Positions 44,320 to 53,425 of a stretch of DNA of 64,000 nucleotides are shown one piece after another. Position 1 is the stretch's first letter; each line of letters starts with the position of its first letter. A program made the position numbers and the translations under genes. Origin of the DNA: an uncultured Verrucomicrobiales bacterium (GTDB lineage: Bacteria > Verrucomicrobiota > Verrucomicrobiia > Verrucomicrobiales > Akkermansiaceae); NCBI GenBank assembly GCA_964599325.1, contig CAZREM010000001.1, positions 43,587 through 107,586 of the forward strand, given 5' to 3'. A model generated the notes under the pieces. It ran no database searches. It worked only from the letters and a program-made list of their open reading frames with translations, and was not told where the DNA came from.

Positions 44320-45251
44320 TTAGCGCCATCTCATCTCGCTCAGATCGCGGATCGGCCATTCTGGCCGTGATTTGGCTGATTTTAATTTTGTCGTTCGCTG
44401 TTCTCACGGCGGTGCGTTTGCTTTCGTTTGACATGGACGTGGCCGAATCGCAGATCAACGGTTTTCGCGCGGAACAAATGGCCGAGCGTGGCATTGCTGT
44501 GGGCATCAACCCTGCGGTCAAGCGCGATGACCCCTTGCTGCAACAAAACGATGCCGATGGGGCATCTTGCCAGGTTAGCATCGAATCCGAAGGACAGCGC
44601 TTCAACATCAATCATCTTCTGCTGATCACCAACGATAAGCGTCTGGTAAAAGAGATTTTTGTTCACATGGGGCTGGACGTCGATGCCGCACAAGCCGTGG
44701 CAGATGCCCTCAAAGACTGGGTGGATCCGGGCGATGAAAAAGAACTGAATGGCGCGGAAAAAGAATATTACGAGGATCTGGGCCGAATCAACCAGCCATT
44801 TAATCGCCCATTTTATTCGCTGGATGAAATGCGTTTGGTGCGTGGCATGGATTTAGTGGAAGCCGCTTACCCGCAATGGCGTTCGTGGTTCACCGTTTGG
44901 ACCACTGGCGGATTAGACATCAATGAGGCCGATGCCGAAAAAATTGCCCTCGCAGCAGAATGCAATCTCGACGACGCGGATGCGGTGGTTGAACAAGTGC
45001 GCGGTGCTGATGGAATTAGAGGCACGGAGGACGATCAGCCTTTTCAAGACACGGCATCCGTGCTTAGTCTGTTGCGTGTTCCCGATTTTTTATCCGCCGT
45101 TGTCACGCCGCGTCTCACGACCAATGATAGCACCACCCGCATCGAAAGCACGGGCGTAGTCGGGGCGAGCAAACGCAAAATCACCATGATCGTGCGCAAT
45201 CGCACTGGCCGACCAGCAACTTTAGAAAAATCAGAACAAGTCATACCGTGA
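44316..45251 (+). CDS. gspK: GspK-like minor pseudopilin
   Basis: Hydrophobic N-terminus without Glu+5 (RGSAILAVIWLILILSFAVL). Helix-hairpin-helix-like LDINEADAEKIA. ATGA overlap with the previous gene. Confidence 0.75.
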   Translation: MISAISSRSDRGSAILAVIWLILILSFAVLTAVRLLSFDMDVAESQINGFRAEQMAERGIAVGINPAVKRDDPLLQQNDADGASCQVSIESEGQRFNINHLLLITNDKRLVKEIFVHMGLDVDAAQAVADALKDWVDPGDEKELNGAEKEYYEDLGRINQPFNRPFYSLDEMRLVRGMDLVEAAYPQWRSWFTVWTTGGLDINEADAEKIALAAECNLDDADAVVEQVRGADGIRGTEDDQPFQDTASVLSLLRVPDFLSAVVTPRLTTNDSTTRIESTGVVGASKRKITMIVRNRTGRPATLEKSEQVIP

Positions 45252-46495
45252 ATCATAAAAAAGGCGAAATCACTTTACTCTTACCGGGCACCATCGGTTG
45301 GGAAATTTGGACTGGACAACGGGGTCAGGACTTCGAACGTCAGGAAATCAGCGAAAGTCCTTATCTCAATGAAATTCCTGGGTTACAAAATCGCGACATT
45401 GCGCTGTTTTTTCCTGTGCGAGAGGCAACGGTGATGCCGTTTATCGCCAATACGACAGATCCCACACTATTCGATGACACCGCGCTAATGCACTCAGAAC
45501 GTCTCGGCGTGCGTGTCGATGCGAGCGCTGGACAGTTGATGGATACTTTTTTGATCGAGCAACATGAGCAACACAGCGTGCTTAGCACCATGGTTCTGCG
45601 TGCTCCAGCGGAAGGCGAGTTACCGAGCAGAAGCCCACAATCCTTCGACTACTCGCCCCGCGCCTATGCCTTTGTGGGTCATGGATTAGCGGTGTGGAAA
45701 GAATTGAGCTACTGGGTTTTTTGCTTGTATCAGCACGGACAGATGCTTTACGCGCAAGCCACATCCATTGATGCTGAGCACCCGGATGAATCACTTTTGC
45801 GCGAGGTAAAATTGGCTTTGATTCAATTGCAATTGCAGGGCATGGACATTCAAATCCAGCATGTTCGCGTGTGGCACCCCGCGGGGGATCTGGGTGATGC
45901 CGGAGCTCTCGCTGAGACGTTTGGCGTGGTCGCTCAGGTTTCCAACCGACCCACCCCGCTGTTGCCAGCTCACGCTTCTAAGCTCCTACCGGCCGATGTT
46001 CATGCCGAGCGGCGCGCGATTGCCAAGAAACGTAGCATGACGATTGCGGCGGGGTCACTCCTACTCCTGCTCATCGGTTGGATCGGCTGGATGGGTTTTG
46101 AGCTTTGGCAGAATACCAGCAAAACGCAGAAACTGAAGATCCAGGCCCGCGCGGTCGAACCTGAAGTCCAAGCTTTTACCTTGCACCAAGCAAAATGGCG
46201 TGAACTCGGTCCCTTGGTGGATCCCGATCAATGGCCCTTGGAAACCCTGCATCGGATCAGCCGCTGCCTGCCTCCGACGGGTGGCGTGCGACTGCGCACC
46301 GCTGAAATCTCCAATCAGGAAGTGCGCATCGTCGGCGAAGCTCCACTGCCAGCGCCGATCGGACAATTGAACTTTGCGATCAATAAGAGTGATCAGCTGA
46401 CTCGCTTCAAATTCCGCCCATCCCAGCCCACCAACACCCCCAAAGGATGGGAGTTCACGACCGTTGGAGAAATCCCAACCGAACTCAATCAGTAA
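45248..46495 (+). CDS. Bitopic assembly protein (GspL-like / PilM-PilN-like architecture)
   Basis: 415 aa: a cytoplasmic domain of about 265 aa, a single TM (MTIAAGSLLLLLIGWIGWMGF), and a periplasmic domain of about 130 aa ending in a PilN/GspL-like pattern (VRLRTAEISNQEVRIVGEA). The GTG start overlaps the gspK stop. Confidence 0.55.
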   Translation: MNHKKGEITLLLPGTIGWEIWTGQRGQDFERQEISESPYLNEIPGLQNRDIALFFPVREATVMPFIANTTDPTLFDDTALMHSERLGVRVDASAGQLMDTFLIEQHEQHSVLSTMVLRAPAEGELPSRSPQSFDYSPRAYAFVGHGLAVWKELSYWVFCLYQHGQMLYAQATSIDAEHPDESLLREVKLALIQLQLQGMDIQIQHVRVWHPAGDLGDAGALAETFGVVAQVSNRPTPLLPAHASKLLPADVHAERRAIAKKRSMTIAAGSLLLLLIGWIGWMGFELWQNTSKTQKLKIQARAVEPEVQAFTLHQAKWRELGPLVDPDQWPLETLHRISRCLPPTGGVRLRTAEISNQEVRIVGEAPLPAPIGQLNFAINKSDQLTRFKFRPSQPTNTPKGWEFTTVGEIPTELNQ

Positions 46496-46574
46496 TTTTT
46501 CATGTTTTCTCAAACAGATAGCATTCACTGCGGTTTTTATTCTGCAACTCTAGCTCCGAGCACCGCCCAATTCC

Positions 46575-47150
46575 ATGTCTGATCGCGAAAAAAAATTAAT
46601 CATTCTATTCGGGGGTGCCGTGGTATTGATGGCGCTGCTGTGGGGCTATAAGTGGTTTAATCAACAAAAAATCATCGCTGAAAACGAACACCGCAGCGCT
46701 GAACAAATGTTGCGCGACGCCGAGCTGTTCAAGCAATCGCGCGAACAAGTCGCTGATGAAATTGAATGGTTGCAGCAACACGAGCCGCAGCCCGAGGCAG
46801 CAGAACAGGTGCCAGCGCGTTTACAGGGCTTGTGCGCCAGTGAGGCGGCAAACGCGGGCATGCAAATCAAGCAACAGAAAATTCTAGCCAACACCTTGGA
46901 TAACGATGCAGGTGCTCCCCCTAGCCATTATCAGCGTGCAAAAGTTGAGTTCACCGTGACAGGTCGCGAGGAATCATTGTATCAGTGGTTCGATCGCTTG
47001 CACCAGCCCGACTCCTTCCGTGCGATCACGGCACTGCGTTTAACTCCCAACCGGGAAGACGATACGACCATCGACTGCACTGTGACGATTGAACAATGGT
47101 ATGTGCCCCTTGCCGCTGATCAAACCCCAGAAACAACTGAGACACCATGA
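46575..47150 (+). CDS. Bitopic assembly protein (GspM/PilO-like)
   Basis: 191 aa: N-terminal TM (LIILFGGAVVLMALLWGY), a coiled coil, then AKVEFTVTGREESLYQWFDRL...ITALRLTP, which resembles the PilO/GspM ferredoxin-like fold signature. Confidence 0.5.
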   Translation: MSDREKKLIILFGGAVVLMALLWGYKWFNQQKIIAENEHRSAEQMLRDAELFKQSREQVADEIEWLQQHEPQPEAAEQVPARLQGLCASEAANAGMQIKQQKILANTLDNDAGAPPSHYQRAKVEFTVTGREESLYQWFDRLHQPDSFRAITALRLTPNREDDTTIDCTVTIEQWYVPLAADQTPETTETP

Positions 47151-47722
47151 GATCGCTTTTTTTGCCATTATTGTGCCTCGCAGCGATGCCAGCCGTCGCC
47201 GCTCCACCGCAAAAATTCCCGCTGCAAAAATATGCGAGTCTGTGGCTAAATTCTCCCTTTACCACCAAACCGGTTGTTAATTCTGGAGAAGTGGCAAAAG
47301 ACAACCCTCTCAATGATTGGGCGCTGGGAGGCATCACCAAGTTTCCCGATGGATGGTTCGTGGTGCTACTCAACAAAAAAAATCCAGAGGAACGCAAGTT
47401 GATTCTTCCCTCTGGTCAATCCGATTTCAAGGTTGTTCAAGTTGTCGAAGATCCAGAAGATTATCGCAACACTAAGGTCACCTTATCAGCTGATGGCCAA
47501 CAAGGAGAGGTTGTTTATGACGAAAAACTGCTCACGATCAAACCAACGCCGACAACCCCTGCCAATCCAGCGCCCGGTCAAACCAACCCTCAAGCTAACC
47601 CGGCTGGAGCGGTGAATAACCCCACTGCACCTCCAGGTGCCGCTCCCAAACCTCCTGCCGTTAATGGCAATGTGCCCGTGCGTCCGCGATTGCGCACGAT
47701 TGTTCCACCACAAAACAAATAA
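47147..47722 (+). CDS. Secreted protein with a Pro-rich tail (PilP/GspC-like candidate)
   Basis: Signal peptide MRSLFLPLLCLAAMPAVAAP. A small beta domain (WALGGITKFPDGWFVVLLNKK...FKVVQVVED) resembles PilP/GspC secretin-binding modules. ATGA overlap with the previous gene. Confidence 0.45.
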   Translation: MRSLFLPLLCLAAMPAVAAPPQKFPLQKYASLWLNSPFTTKPVVNSGEVAKDNPLNDWALGGITKFPDGWFVVLLNKKNPEERKLILPSGQSDFKVVQVVEDPEDYRNTKVTLSADGQQGEVVYDEKLLTIKPTPTTPANPAPGQTNPQANPAGAVNNPTAPPGAAPKPPAVNGNVPVRPRLRTIVPPQNK

Positions 47723-47742
47723 TCCCACCTTTCTGCCACATC

Positions 47743-50352
47743 ATGATCAAACCACCGTTTTTACTCCTCGCCGGCCTTGGCGCTCTCAGTCTCAGCGCTG
47801 TTTCGGCGCAATCAGATTCAGCCGATGCCAATGCCGCCGCCCCTGCAGCCACACCTGTCACGCCCCAGGCGGAATCTAGCGCGCCGGGAACTGTGACTCC
47901 TGCGCCACCCACCGGCTTGCCACCGGGGATTACACTGCCTAAAATCAATCGCCCGAAGGTGGCAGACGTGGTGCGACCTGACGCACGACCGAAGGCGATT
48001 CCCGTCGCTCCGGTGACTCAGATCACCAACTTGCCTGCTGGCCAAGTGAATACTCCCGTCAATGCACCCGACCCCACTGCCACTTGTGAAGTGGCGCTCC
48101 AGTTTCCTAAACTCACTGGCGAAGATTTGAGTTTTTTGTATCACCGTCTCACCGGACGACGTGTGGTGATCGCTGCTGAGGCGACGAAACTAGAGCTTTA
48201 CTTCGTGCAGCCTCCTCCCATCACTTACGGACAAGCCATCGACCTCCTCAAGGCGGCTTGCCTGATGCAAGGCTTCGTTTTTGTTCCCGGTGGCAATGAT
48301 TGGGACAAGCTGGTTTCCGCCTCTCAAGGCCCAAAGCCAAGTAGTGTGGGTAAAACTCCTCTGATCACACACCCTCAGGATCTGCCGGTTGGCGATGAAG
48401 TGGTGCAATACGTGATGACGCTCAAGCACATTAAGCCAGATGAAGCCACGCGCATCTTCCAAAGCGTTGTGGTTCAGCTCAATGCTTTTGGTTCGATTGT
48501 TCCTGTGCCGAATTCTTCCGCCTTGGTCATCACGGAAAATTCATCACTCATTCGTTCGTTAATCGACCTCTTGGCTCAGGTGGATAAACCTGCTTATGAA
48601 ATGGAAACCAAGTTTATTTCCGTGCAGTATGCCGATGTGGAGACACTAGCGACCACGCTCACCGAGCTGTTTACCGCGCAAAAAGAGGCTCAATCCACCG
48701 CGACTGGGGTGCAACGCGTGGCTCCAGCACCGGCAGGGAATAATCCAGCGGCCAATCCTGCAGCAGCCAATGCAGGTGCTGCGGGCCAAGGCGGTGGCAC
48801 GGCTGATAGCCCTCCCGCTCAAATCATCCCGGACTCGCGCACGAATCGGATTTTCATCATGGCGCGGCCCATCGATTTGCTGTTGATCGAGGGTTTGATT
48901 CGTGAATTTGATACGAAGACAGATGATCGCAATTTTATGCGTCGTAAATTGCGATTCTTGCCGGTGGGTGGCTTTTTGAGCGTGGCTGAAAACGCGCTGA
49001 CTCGCGCCTACGGAGCCGCAAGCAATGCCACAGGTGCCCCGGGAGCTGGCGGAACGGCCGGCGCGCAAGGCGGTGGAGCAGCAGCCGCTCCTGCACGCGC
49101 TCAGCAGAGCACCAGCATGGGACGGAACTCCAACTCTCGCAACTCGAGCAGCAATGGCCTGAATTCGGGAGTCGGCGGTTTTGGCAATGGCAGTGGTTCG
49201 GGCACGGGTGGCTCTGGCGGTGGTTTGTCTGCGCCGCAAACGGACACGTCACCGCAGAGCATGCTCATCGGTCGCACCTTTTTGGTTGCCGATAACATCA
49301 CGAACTCAATCATTGTGCAAGGTCCACCCGCAAGCTTGGAAATCATCAATAATTTGTTGGATGAGATCGACGTCAAAGCCGATCAGGTCATGGTTTCAAC
49401 AGTGTTTGGACAGTTGAATTTGAATGACTCCGAAAAATACGGGTTCAATTGGCTTCAAAAACTCAATAATGATTCAACAGGCACGATCGCTGGTGGAATT
49501 GGAAGCCCGCTGCCAGATGTCGCCACTAATAACAACAACGTCTTCAACACTGAAGGAGCATTTTCTGGCGGCTTAGGCGTTTATGGCACCATCGGCAACT
49601 ACTTTGCTGCGAATATCAAAGCCTTGGAATCGACCGGAAAATTCAATATCATCTCACGCCCAACGATTTTCATGGCAAATAATCAAAAAGCGATGATTTC
49701 CAGCGGCAAGCAAATTGCGGTGCCAACAAGCTCCTATAACGGAACATCCAATTCTGGTTTTAGCACCAACATCGAATATCGTGATGTGCAATTGGCTCTG
49801 GAAGTGATTCCGCTGATCAATTCTCAAGATGAAATCACCTTGCAAATTTCTCTGGTGAGTCAAGACCTGGCTGAAAGCACTCGCAAGGTCGGTGACACTG
49901 ATACCAATGACATCATCAGTCGCGAGCTACTCACCACCGTCACAGTTCCAAATAATCAGACGGTCGTTCTTGGTGGGTTGATCATCGACAGCGAAAGCAA
50001 GAGCAAAAGTGGTGTGCCCATCTTGAAAAACATCCCCGGCATCGGTGCGTTATTTCGCAGTAGCACGACGACCAAAAATCGAGACGAGCTCTTGATCTTC
50101 ATTCAGCCAAAAATCATTCGTGATCAAGCAACGATGAAAGAGGGACAAACCGATGTTCACAACCGTTTTGATCTGGCTACGACGATTCAAGATCATCCGG
50201 ACATGGGTGACGGCGCACCAAAGGCGAAAGCCATCGATGAAGCAGAGGACAAGAAATCCGCTCCAAAGAAAATGATCATCATCGACGGCCCCAGCAAAGG
50301 CATGGTTCCCAGCGCCAGCCGCCCCGGCAAGTTATTCTCGCCGCATCGATAA
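47743..50352 (+). CDS. gspD: Secretin (GspD/PilQ family) with long low-complexity inserts
   Basis: 869 aa with a signal peptide. Secretin core ISRPTIFMANNQKAMISSGKQIAVPT and VVLGGLIIDSESKSKSGVPILKNIPGIGALFRS. Gly/Ala/Asn/Ser-rich segments at about aa 314-360 and 423-505. Confidence 0.9.
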   Translation: MIKPPFLLLAGLGALSLSAVSAQSDSADANAAAPAATPVTPQAESSAPGTVTPAPPTGLPPGITLPKINRPKVADVVRPDARPKAIPVAPVTQITNLPAGQVNTPVNAPDPTATCEVALQFPKLTGEDLSFLYHRLTGRRVVIAAEATKLELYFVQPPPITYGQAIDLLKAACLMQGFVFVPGGNDWDKLVSASQGPKPSSVGKTPLITHPQDLPVGDEVVQYVMTLKHIKPDEATRIFQSVVVQLNAFGSIVPVPNSSALVITENSSLIRSLIDLLAQVDKPAYEMETKFISVQYADVETLATTLTELFTAQKEAQSTATGVQRVAPAPAGNNPAANPAAANAGAAGQGGGTADSPPAQIIPDSRTNRIFIMARPIDLLLIEGLIREFDTKTDDRNFMRRKLRFLPVGGFLSVAENALTRAYGAASNATGAPGAGGTAGAQGGGAAAAPARAQQSTSMGRNSNSRNSSSNGLNSGVGGFGNGSGSGTGGSGGGLSAPQTDTSPQSMLIGRTFLVADNITNSIIVQGPPASLEIINNLLDEIDVKADQVMVSTVFGQLNLNDSEKYGFNWLQKLNNDSTGTIAGGIGSPLPDVATNNNNVFNTEGAFSGGLGVYGTIGNYFAANIKALESTGKFNIISRPTIFMANNQKAMISSGKQIAVPTSSYNGTSNSGFSTNIEYRDVQLALEVIPLINSQDEITLQISLVSQDLAESTRKVGDTDTNDIISRELLTTVTVPNNQTVVLGGLIIDSESKSKSGVPILKNIPGIGALFRSSTTTKNRDELLIFIQPKIIRDQATMKEGQTDVHNRFDLATTIQDHPDMGDGAPKAKAIDEAEDKKSAPKKMIIIDGPSKGMVPSASRPGKLFSPHR

Positions 50353-50389
50353 GTTCACTGACGAGGTTCACGCACGACTTTCGTGAAGC

Positions 50390-50419
50390 AGGGCAGATCA
50401 CATCGGTCTGCCCTTTTTT
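50390..50419 (+). terminator. Rho-independent terminator of the pseudopilin-secretin operon
   Basis: Stem agggcaga / tctgccct, 9-nt loop, followed by a T6 run. It starts 38 nt after the secretin stop. Confidence 0.8.
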
Positions 50420-50497
50420 CGCGTCATTTTAACGGAAGCAAATCGATGCTGGAGCTCCTGGCTTTTTCACTATCAGCGGAGTTTACGACGTGACGGC

Positions 50498-51802
50498 CTA
50501 TTTGGTTCCAGCTTTCACACTCGCATCATTTGGCTGAAATTGATGCCAAAACCAAAGCATCACCAGCAGAGTAAAACTCGCCAACACGCCCCAATACCAG
50601 TCCCAGCGCTGATGAACCACCACTGCCCACGCATGGAGACATTGCAAACCCAAGGTTCCCAGCAACGCGCCTAATCCATTGGTAGCGAGACCAAGCAAGC
50701 CCTGCATCTGCCCACGCATTTCTACTGCCACGCAGCGATCGAGAAAAATTTGCCCCGTGATAAAAAACAAAGTGTAGCACAACCCGTGTAAAAAAATGCC
50801 TGCCCACATCCATGGTAACTGATGCGTGCTGCCCGCTAGGGCAAAAAAGACAAACCGCGCCACACAAAAAGCCAAGGCCCACAAAAAAATCACCTTGATT
50901 GGATAGCGCATCATCAACCAACCCGTCAGCGCCATGGCCACCACCTCGCTCCATTGGCCGAAGCTCATCGTGACCGTCGATGTCACATCACCCAAGGCAT
51001 GCAGATGATCTGGCGTGTGCATGTAAAATGCGGTCAAGGGCATCGAAAGCAAGCAAGATGCGATCAAACAAACAGCCACCTGTCGTTGCTTGAGCAACTG
51101 AAAAGCATCCATGCCCATCAAACTGCGCCACGAACTGGATCGACCGCGCGGAGGCGTATTTGGCAAGCGCCACATGCTCCAAGCTAGCAGCAGTCGCGTG
51201 GCGGTGCCGGCATAACCGGCCGCAGCGGTGGCATCTGCGCGGAGCACAAAGCTAGTCATCCAACCCGCCATGATCCAGCCCAGCGTCGCCCAGAGCCTTG
51301 CCCGCGGGAAGCCTCGTTCCGGATTGGGCAAATGCGTCATCGCCACTGTTGTGATCAGCCCCCACATCGGAGCAGAGATGATCGAGGTCAACAAGAAACA
51401 TCCTACAAAAAACGCCGGATGCCAATGGTGTTCCAAGCACCAAAACGCCAAACCCAAGAAAATGCACCCCACCAACGCGAGCCATCCTGCCAGCTTTTGC
51501 GCCGCAATTTTGTGATCAGCCAACGCGCCGCCGCACAAGGGCGAAAGCATCGAAGACAGCGGCAACACCAAAAAGGCGTAAGCCACCCAATCATAACTCC
51601 AACCCGCCGCCCGCATGATGTTGGTCAGTGCTGGCAACCAGAAACCCGGACCCATGCCCATCAAGAAAAACATCGCTGCCAGACGAATAAAAAGCCGATC
51701 CGTTCCCCCTGCCTTGACTTCGATCGATCCACTCACGCGCGCTTGTAGTAAAGCATGACACTCCACACACCAAGCATATTTGGCGTCGAAATTGTTGCCC
51801 AC
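50498..51802 (-). CDS. MFS transporter (nucleoside:H+ symporter-like)
   Basis: About 12 TM helices. The N-terminal region LFIRLAAMFFLMGMGPGFWLPAL resembles NupG/YegT-type MFS. The start is uncertain: GTG at 51802 or an in-frame GTG at 51736. Confidence 0.7.
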   Translation of the reverse strand: MGNNFDAKYAWCVECHALLQARVSGSIEVKAGGTDRLFIRLAAMFFLMGMGPGFWLPALTNIMRAAGWSYDWVAYAFLVLPLSSMLSPLCGGALADHKIAAQKLAGWLALVGCIFLGLAFWCLEHHWHPAFFVGCFLLTSIISAPMWGLITTVAMTHLPNPERGFPRARLWATLGWIMAGWMTSFVLRADATAAAGYAGTATRLLLAWSMWRLPNTPPRGRSSSWRSLMGMDAFQLLKQRQVAVCLIASCLLSMPLTAFYMHTPDHLHALGDVTSTVTMSFGQWSEVVAMALTGWLMMRYPIKVIFLWALAFCVARFVFFALAGSTHQLPWMWAGIFLHGLCYTLFFITGQIFLDRCVAVEMRGQMQGLLGLATNGLGALLGTLGLQCLHAWAVVVHQRWDWYWGVLASFTLLVMLWFWHQFQPNDASVKAGTK

Positions 51803-51888
51803 TTGTCGCAGCAGTTTTTTTCATGGGATTGGCACTTGCCATTGCCAAAAGACTTTCAACCTGCTTGGATGTGACAACGTTTAACACT

Positions 51889-52623
51889 ATGACCTCACCT
51901 GCCACATCCGATCCTCGCCAATTTCGCCGCGCCATTTTAAAACTCAGTGGAGAAGCACTCCGCGAGCCCGGCAGCAGGGATAATATTTCCCCTGAAATTG
52001 TTGGTCGGATAGCCTCAGAGATTCGCGATTCCTTGGTCAACGGGCTGGAATTGGGGGTTGTTGTTGGCGGTGGCAATTTTTGGCGTGGAGCCAGCGCGAG
52101 CGCGCGGGGCATGGATCGGGCGACCGCTGATTACGTCGGGATGCTGGCAACGGTGATGAACGCGTTAGCGCTTCAAAGCGCACTTGAAGCCGAAAAGGTC
52201 AAGTGTGTGGTGATGTCCGCCATCGAAATGACCAATGTGGCGGAGACATTCATTCGGCGTCGGGCAGAAACCTATTTATCCGAAGGCAAGGTGGTGATCT
52301 TCGCAGCCGGAACTGGAAGTCCATTTTTCTCAACGGACACAACAGCCGCATTGCGTGCCAGCGAAATGAAAGCGCATGCCATTCTGAAAGCGACAATGGT
52401 GGATGGAGTCTATGACTCAGACCCGAAGAAAAACCCCAACGCCGTGCGTTATGAAACCGTCAGCTTTCAGGAGTGCATTTCCTCTCAGCTGAAAGTGATG
52501 GACACGACAGCTTTCAGCTTGTGCATGGAAAATCAAATCCCCATCATTGTGTTCGATTTGGAGAAACACGGCAATGTCACCAGCGCGTTGCTGGGACAGG
52601 ATGTCGGAACAATTGTTCAATAA
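51889..52623 (+). CDS. pyrH: UMP kinase
   Basis: ILKLSGEAL, VVVGGGNFWRG, DYVGMLATVMNA, FAAGTGSPFFSTDT. Start trimmed to ATG at 51889. Confidence 0.93.
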   Translation: MTSPATSDPRQFRRAILKLSGEALREPGSRDNISPEIVGRIASEIRDSLVNGLELGVVVGGGNFWRGASASARGMDRATADYVGMLATVMNALALQSALEAEKVKCVVMSAIEMTNVAETFIRRRAETYLSEGKVVIFAAGTGSPFFSTDTTAALRASEMKAHAILKATMVDGVYDSDPKKNPNAVRYETVSFQECISSQLKVMDTTAFSLCMENQIPIIVFDLEKHGNVTSALLGQDVGTIVQ

Positions 52624-52638
52624 ATTTTAGCTACTATC

Positions 52639-53205
52639 ATGGATCCAGAAGAAGAATTATTTGAGATTGAAGCCAACATGACCAATGCCGTGCAGCACTT
52701 GCTGCAGGAGTTTAGTGCCGTGCGCACGGGCAAGGCATCGCCAGCATTGATCGAGAACATGGACGTGTATGTTCGCGCCTACGACTCGATGATGAAGCTA
52801 AAAGCGGTCGCTGTTGTGAGTTCGCCCGAGCCACGAATGCTGATGGTTCAGCCGTTTGATCCCTCGACCACCCAAGACATCGAACGCGCGATCCGCGAGA
52901 GCAAGCTGGGACTCAACCCATCGGCAGCTGACCGCTCCATTCGCGTTCCCGTTCCAGAATTGTCCGAGGAACGCCGTCGGGACATGGCCAAACTGGTCAA
53001 GCACATGGGTGAGGAAGCAAAAATCAGCGTGCGTCAAGTCCGCAAAGAAGGCATGGACGCAGCAAAAAAAATGAAAGCGGAAAATTTTCTCACCGAAGAT
53101 GGCCAAAAGGTATTCGAAGCCGATGTGCAAAAACTGACGGACAAGGCGGTGAAGGAAATCGACATCCACGTCGCCCAAAAGGAGAAAGAGATCATGACGA
53201 TCTGA
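52639..53205 (+). CDS. frr: Ribosome recycling factor
   Basis: 188 aa with typical Frr sequence (FSAVRTGKASPALIENM, LNPSADRSIRVPVPELSEERRRDMAK). It follows pyrH, as in most bacteria. Confidence 0.93.
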   Translation: MDPEEELFEIEANMTNAVQHLLQEFSAVRTGKASPALIENMDVYVRAYDSMMKLKAVAVVSSPEPRMLMVQPFDPSTTQDIERAIRESKLGLNPSAADRSIRVPVPELSEERRRDMAKLVKHMGEEAKISVRQVRKEGMDAAKKMKAENFLTEDGQKVFEADVQKLTDKAVKEIDIHVAQKEKEIMTI

Positions 53206-53289
53206 CAGCTTTGCATTTCTGAACGATCAGACATCCACCGATTCGGAGTCACCATCAACTGGTCGTTCATCAGGCTTCTAAAACGCAAT

Positions 53290-53330
53290 AGCGCGGTGTT
53301 TTGTGAAAATCACCGCGCTTTTGGTTGTTG
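53290..53330 (+). terminator. Rho-independent terminator after frr (usable from both strands)
   Basis: 9-bp GC-rich stem agcgcggtg / caccgcgct, 12-nt loop, then tttggttgttg. It lies between the convergent frr and DUF1501 genes. Confidence 0.7.
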
Positions 53331-53363
53331 CAAGTCAAGAAATTCACGACTCAAAGTGCCTTG

Positions 53364-53399
53364 ATGTGAATGCTCGCCAGCATGTGAATGCTCGCCAGC
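53364..53399. repeat. Perfect 18-bp tandem duplication (atgtgaatgctcgccagc x2)
   Basis: Read directly. It is also seen as VNARQHVNARQH in a shadow ORF. It is intergenic, 27 nt downstream of the DUF1501 gene stop on the minus strand. Confidence 0.9.
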
Positions 53400-53425
53400 A
53401 CACGCCCCACCCCGTGATCATCACG

